From an uncultured Acidobacteriota bacterium (GTDB lineage Bacteria > Acidobacteriota > Thermoanaerobaculia > Multivoradales > SZUA-115): a stretch of DNA of 64,000 nt. Below, in pieces: positions 61,101 through 64,000 of the stretch (position 1 is the first letter of the stretch; every line of letters begins with the position of its first letter). Under the pieces are notes generated by a model that was given only the letters and a program-made list of their open reading frames with translations, searched no databases and was not told where the DNA came from. The position numbers and the translations under genes were made by a program. Location: assembly GCA_963805975.1 (NCBI GenBank), contig CAWDVR010000005.1, positions 480,001-544,000 on the forward strand, in the 5' to 3' direction.

Positions 61101-62916
61101 CGTCACCCACACCTACGCGCAGAGCGGCACCTACCAGGTGCAACTGGAAGTGAGCAAGCCGGGCAACACCTGCCCGTTCGGTACCTGCTCCGCCTCGGTC
61201 ACCAAGACGGTGACGGTGGGCGGCCCGACCGTTGCCGCGAGCTTCACCAGCAACGCCACCTGCGGCGCCTTCGAATGCACGGCCGAAACCGGCCAAGCGG
61301 TGAGCTTCACCTCCACCTCGCAGAACGCGACGGTGCTGGATTGGACCTTCGGTGACCAGACCTCGGCCACCGGCGCCACCGCCAGCCACACCTGGAACGT
61401 CGCCGGCAACTACCAAGTCGTGCTGACGGCGCGCGACGGCCAGGGCGGCAGCGCTCAGGCCACCAAGCTCTTCCGCGTCGAGGAGCCGCCGACGCAGGAC
61501 GAGGTCGTGATCCTGCCCTGGATCGCCGACACCACCGGTGCGCTCGAGCAACTGAGCGACCTGTACGTGACGAACCCCGGCACGGAGCCGATGAACATCG
61601 AGATCAGCTTCCGTGTCCGCGGCACACCCGAGGCGACGCCCCCCAGCGCAACCCGCACCGTGGGGCCGAAGGCCACGTTCTACGCCCCGGACGTGCTCAA
61701 CGATCTGTTCGATCGCAACGACACCGGCGGCTTCCTGGTGGTGAAGGCGCTGGACGTCGCCGTGGAGCCGGTGGTGGTCTCTCTCAATCGGACCTTCCAG
61801 CCCGGGGGCAAGACCTACGGACAGCTCGTGCCCGGCATCGGCGACCGCGAGCTGGCGGACATCGGCCGGGACAGCGGTGGCACGCAGTACCTGCTCGGGC
61901 TGTTCGATACCAATGAGCGCCTGACGCAGATCGGCCTCACCAACCCGCACCCCGAGACGGCCACGTATCGCCTGCGCTTCGTCGACCATCTCGGCAACAT
62001 CATCGCCAGCACGCCCCAGGCGCTGGCGGTCGCACCCTGGGGGCAGAAGCAGTTCCAGGTGCAGGAGCTTCGCGACCGCTTCGGTCTCGTGGGTCGCGAC
62101 GACTACCGGGTGGAGGTCGTCCAGGTCTCGGGTCAGACCCTCTTCGCCTACGCGGGCGTGATCCGCACCGGCACCGAGGATCCCTCCTTCGTGCAGGTCA
62201 GCCTGCCGAACCGGGCGCACACCTACCTGGTGGGCGCCACCTCCACGCCGGGCTTCAACAACGCGCTCTTCGTCACCGACGTGGTGCTCTCGAACCCGAC
62301 GACCCAGGTGATGCAGGTCGAGATGAAGTTCCGGGGACTCGGCGTCGACAGCCCCGAGCTGGGACCGGTCGACATCACCCTGTTGCCGAACGAGACGCAG
62401 CGCATCGAGGACGTGATCTTCGACCGCTTCAACCTGCACGACACGGTCGGCTTCCTCACCTTCGACAGTGAAGGCGCCGGCGGGCTCTTCCCGCTGATCC
62501 ACGGCGAGGTCTACCAGGACAGCGGCCCGCAGGCGCGCTACGGCCTGTTCATGCCCTCGCGCCGTGACGCCGAGATTGCCGGGGTCGGCCAGCAGCTCGT
62601 GCTCTCGGGCCTGCGTCAGCTCGCGGAAGACTCGAACACCAGCCTGCTCCTCTTCAACCCGGCCGAGGAGTCCGCGCTCTGCGACCTCGTCTACTACGGC
62701 CTGGGCGGCCAGGAGCTGGGACGGATCACCAACTACACGGTCTCGCCGGGAGGCATGCGGCAGATCAACCCGTCACGCCATCCGCTGCCTGCCGGCGGCG
62801 TGACCGGCGGCTTCTCGGTGGTGGTGGAGGTCAAGGCCGGTAGTTTGATGGGTGGAGCGCAGGTGGTCATCAACCGGACGAACGACCCGGCCTACATCTC
62901 GGCCGCCGTTCGTTGA
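58171..62916 (+). CDS. Giant secreted PKD-domain surface protein (N-terminal propeller-like region, PKD/Ig repeats, repeated C-terminal beta units)
   Basis: Signal peptide (VEA-Q); LQIWDLSSP/LWNVSNP/LYDVSSP propeller-like blades; WTFQD, WNFGDG, WHFGD, WTFGD PKD motifs. Alternative start 58186. Confidence 0.85.
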   Translation: MELRSMTRKTALQVPCCVSLCLLLAVAVSAPVEAQGSCQFSLAAAPASGVPAALWGDLKPVDAGQLPSDRDNTGMSDLISPSETRPRWMSIDIENSYGFVAITHGLQIWDLSSPAAPAFRGVAGPGSFLSWRTDPHEGNPARDVDSPPGNDDVTAVAVVGGGGLNVFDTSVKNSPVARYADGGKTANQVYAGRVGGKDYAFVASTDAGLLAYDLEVAGNLTTACIDNSPSSVTCGVYRGRIGSRGGLLYVDGVSNAAQTQLWVASAGGRTSTGMELWNVSNPTNPQLVFAPTFPESPSYPDFVHGVALWRNGSSYYLALRVEVGNNTTSARIYDVSCIATSSCTGLPAPIWSRNLPNESAEFYITASEGAGRRFLYFGNNNRCASGLQNEWLYDVSSPSSPTDVTPGPGLVGGEQTGYWGWYYRANPTGFNEIDPRIGKFNGQHFYRTAYSIFDIHVLNSGGPPTAAFSHTPALVYEGQQIDFADSSLGNPASWSWTFQDATPPTSTSQNPQNVVFNSPGAKSVSLQVTNGFGTDTEVQSINVLDPAPVVASVTVSPNPAFVCQPITFTATGVTGFPLPTLSWDVQGTSGSVATGGNVNPFVWSTTGATLPGTYTGTVTAASGAGSDAAISPTLVLSALPTLPLAGAFTPITDLFTGGTVQFHVNALGATAWCWNFGDGTSFPTGCLPSNPGSFSTDPVAGPNPSHTYQSVNTYVVSVSIRNCVEGVRTSAPLSVSVTQVTPLIADFAAQGVFCTGSGCFANTNTPITFTNLTTGLPDFYDYDWAGDGTYEDANHTTPVTIHTYSATGTVKPTLRVRRGTEQDVFEHRQIVLSTGSGGGLPSAAISGPLSGQVGAALSYSVSASNCSPAPSTWTWDVGGGTISGSTTGNQISVSFSTSGTKVIRATAGAGGCTGTSDTHSVSITTPTGGGTLAANFSFTPINPTPGQQVSFDGTTSTGSPTGFTWHFGDNTSGTGVNVTHTYAQSGTYQVQLEVSKPGNTCPFGTCSASVTKTVTVGGPTVAASFTSNATCGAFECTAETGQAVSFTSTSQNATVLDWTFGDQTSATGATASHTWNVAGNYQVVLTARDGQGGSAQATKLFRVEEPPTQDEVVILPWIADTTGALEQLSDLYVTNPGTEPMNIEISFRVRGTPEATPPSATRTVGPKATFYAPDVLNDLFDRNDTGGFLVVKALDVAVEPVVVSLNRTFQPGGKTYGQLVPGIGDRELADIGRDSGGTQYLLGLFDTNERLTQIGLTNPHPETATYRLRFVDHLGNIIASTPQALAVAPWGQKQFQVQELRDRFGLVGRDDYRVEVVQVSGQTLFAYAGVIRTGTEDPSFVQVSLPNRAHTYLVGATSTPGFNNALFVTDVVLSNPTTQVMQVEMKFRGLGVDSPELGPVDITLLPNETQRIEDVIFDRFNLHDTVGFLTFDSEGAGGLFPLIHGEVYQDSGPQARYGLFMPSRRDAEIAGVGQQLVLSGLRQLAEDSNTSLLLFNPAEESALCDLVYYGLGGQELGRITNYTVSPGGMRQINPSRHPLPAGGVTGGFSVVVEVKAGSLMGGAQVVINRTNDPAYISAAVR

Positions 62917-62926
62917 CACGCCCCCG

Positions 62927-64000
62927 ATGAGGGAGCCGGTCGTCGAAGCCAGAGGTTTGTCGAAGGTCTATCGCGTCTACACGAGCCCCTTCGACCGCCT
63001 GCGCGAGTGGCTTTCCGGCCGGCCCCGCCACCGGGCGCTGCACGCCCTGTCCGCGGTGAGCTTCGAGGTGCCGGCGGGCGAGGGCCTCGGCATCGTCGGC
63101 GAGAACGGCGCCGGCAAGTCCACCCTGCTCAAGATTCTCGCCGGCATCGTGCGCCCCACCGCCGGCGAGCTGCGGGTGCGCGGGAAAGTCGCTTCGATCC
63201 TGGAGCTCGGCTCCGGCTTCCATCCCGAGCTCACCGGCCGTCAGAACGTCTCGCTCAACGCGGCGATGCTCGGTTTGACGGCGGCGGAGACGCGAGAGCG
63301 CCTGCCGGAGATCGTCGCCTGGAGCGAGCTGGGCGATTTCATCGACCAGCCGGTCAAGACCTACTCCACGGGCATGGCCATGCGGCTGGGCTTCTCGATC
63401 GCGACCCAGGTCGACCCGGAGGTCTTGATCATCGACGAGGCGCTGTCGGTGGGCGACGGCTACTTCCAGAAGAAGTGCATGGACCGCCTGCAGGTGCTGA
63501 TCAGCCAGGACAAGACCATCCTCTTCTGCTCGCACGCCATGTACTACGTGACCGCCTTCTGCCGCCGCGCCTTGTGGCTGCGGGGCGGCGAGCCCGCGGC
63601 CCTGGGACCGGCGGACGAGGTGGTGAGGAAGTACGAGAACTTCCTCCAGGCCAAGACGGCGCGCGCGGAGGAGGTCGGTTCGGCTGCCGGGGAGGAGCCC
63701 GCGGACCACCTGCCGAGGCGTGGCGCCGAAAGCGGCAGGCGTCTGCCGGCCCGCATCGTGTCCGTGGATCTGCCGGCCGGAAAGCACTATCGCCACGACG
63801 GCTTCTGGCGGCTCGAGGTCGAATGGCAGAGCGAGGACCCGGATCTCGGTTTTCATCTGGGGGTGGGCGTCAACCGCATCGACGAGGTCGAGGTGCTGGC
63901 CTTCGGTACCCATCTCGACGGCCTGCCGCCCCATCGCGGTCAGCGCCGGTACCGCGCCGGGCTCGAGGTGCCGCGCATGCCCCTCCTCAAGGGCTCCTTC
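62927..64000 (+). CDS. wzt: Polysaccharide ABC exporter ATPase (3' truncated by window; absent from ORF track)
   Basis: Read from ATG 62927: MREPVVEARGLSKVY...GENGAGKSTLLK...LELGSGFHPELTGR.N...KTYSTGM..RL.FS...IIDEAL.VGD..FQ.KC, then a Wzt-C-like extension. Confidence 0.93.
   Translation, partial: MREPVVEARGLSKVYRVYTSPFDRLREWLSGRPRHRALHALSAVSFEVPAGEGLGIVGENGAGKSTLLKILAGIVRPTAGELRVRGKVASILELGSGFHPELTGRQNVSLNAAMLGLTAAETRERLPEIVAWSELGDFIDQPVKTYSTGMAMRLGFSIATQVDPEVLIIDEALSVGDGYFQKKCMDRLQVLISQDKTILFCSHAMYYVTAFCRRALWLRGGEPAALGPADEVVRKYENFLQAKTARAEEVGSAAGEEPADHLPRRGAESGRRLPARIVSVDLPAGKHYRHDGFWRLEVEWQSEDPDLGFHLGVGVNRIDEVEVLAFGTHLDGLPPHRGQRRYRAGLEVPRMPLLKGSF

Noticed and set aside
62870-63934. 354-aa minus-strand ORF in the track
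   Set aside because: Antisense to wzt, which the track missed because it runs off the window.

Overview
A very GC-rich (roughly 70% by eye), densely coding bacterial chromosome segment. The gene content suggests Acidobacteriota, probably Thermoanaerobaculia-like: an ADOP-type duplicated orphan permease, FG-GAP/CRTAC1 proteins, LPS heptose genes and a 'LLLPYF..TTLFSINNAS' surface protein. That assignment is inference only. About 50 real genes can be separated from many shadow ORFs. They include a porin/binding-protein/histidine-kinase module, three type II toxin-antitoxin pairs, biotin carboxylase and BCCP, yfhO/ubiA, lhr, fadD/acyltransferase/trmB, a Rieske-GcvT-two-flavoprotein cluster, a glucan/GAPDH cluster, sseA-sufE, pilB, hldA-hldC-heptosyltransferase, an ECF/anti-sigma/thioredoxin operon and a surface-layer locus. 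No CRISPR array, tRNA, rRNA or transposase was seen. The best leads are: (1) a wzm...wzt polysaccharide exporter split around a FG-GAP lipoprotein, a probably very highly expressed S-layer-like protein with a ~280-nt structured leader, and a giant PKD protein, together a candidate uncharacterised glycosylated S-layer system; (2) a GAPDH paralog with Cys->Ser at the catalytic site, translationally coupled to an intact GAPDH; (3) two hairpin elements 30 kb apart with a 39/40-identical 40-nt loop but unrelated perfect stems; (4) a gene bracketed by 27-bp inverted REP-like repeats; (5) an RHH antitoxin apparently split by a ~73-nt insertion.
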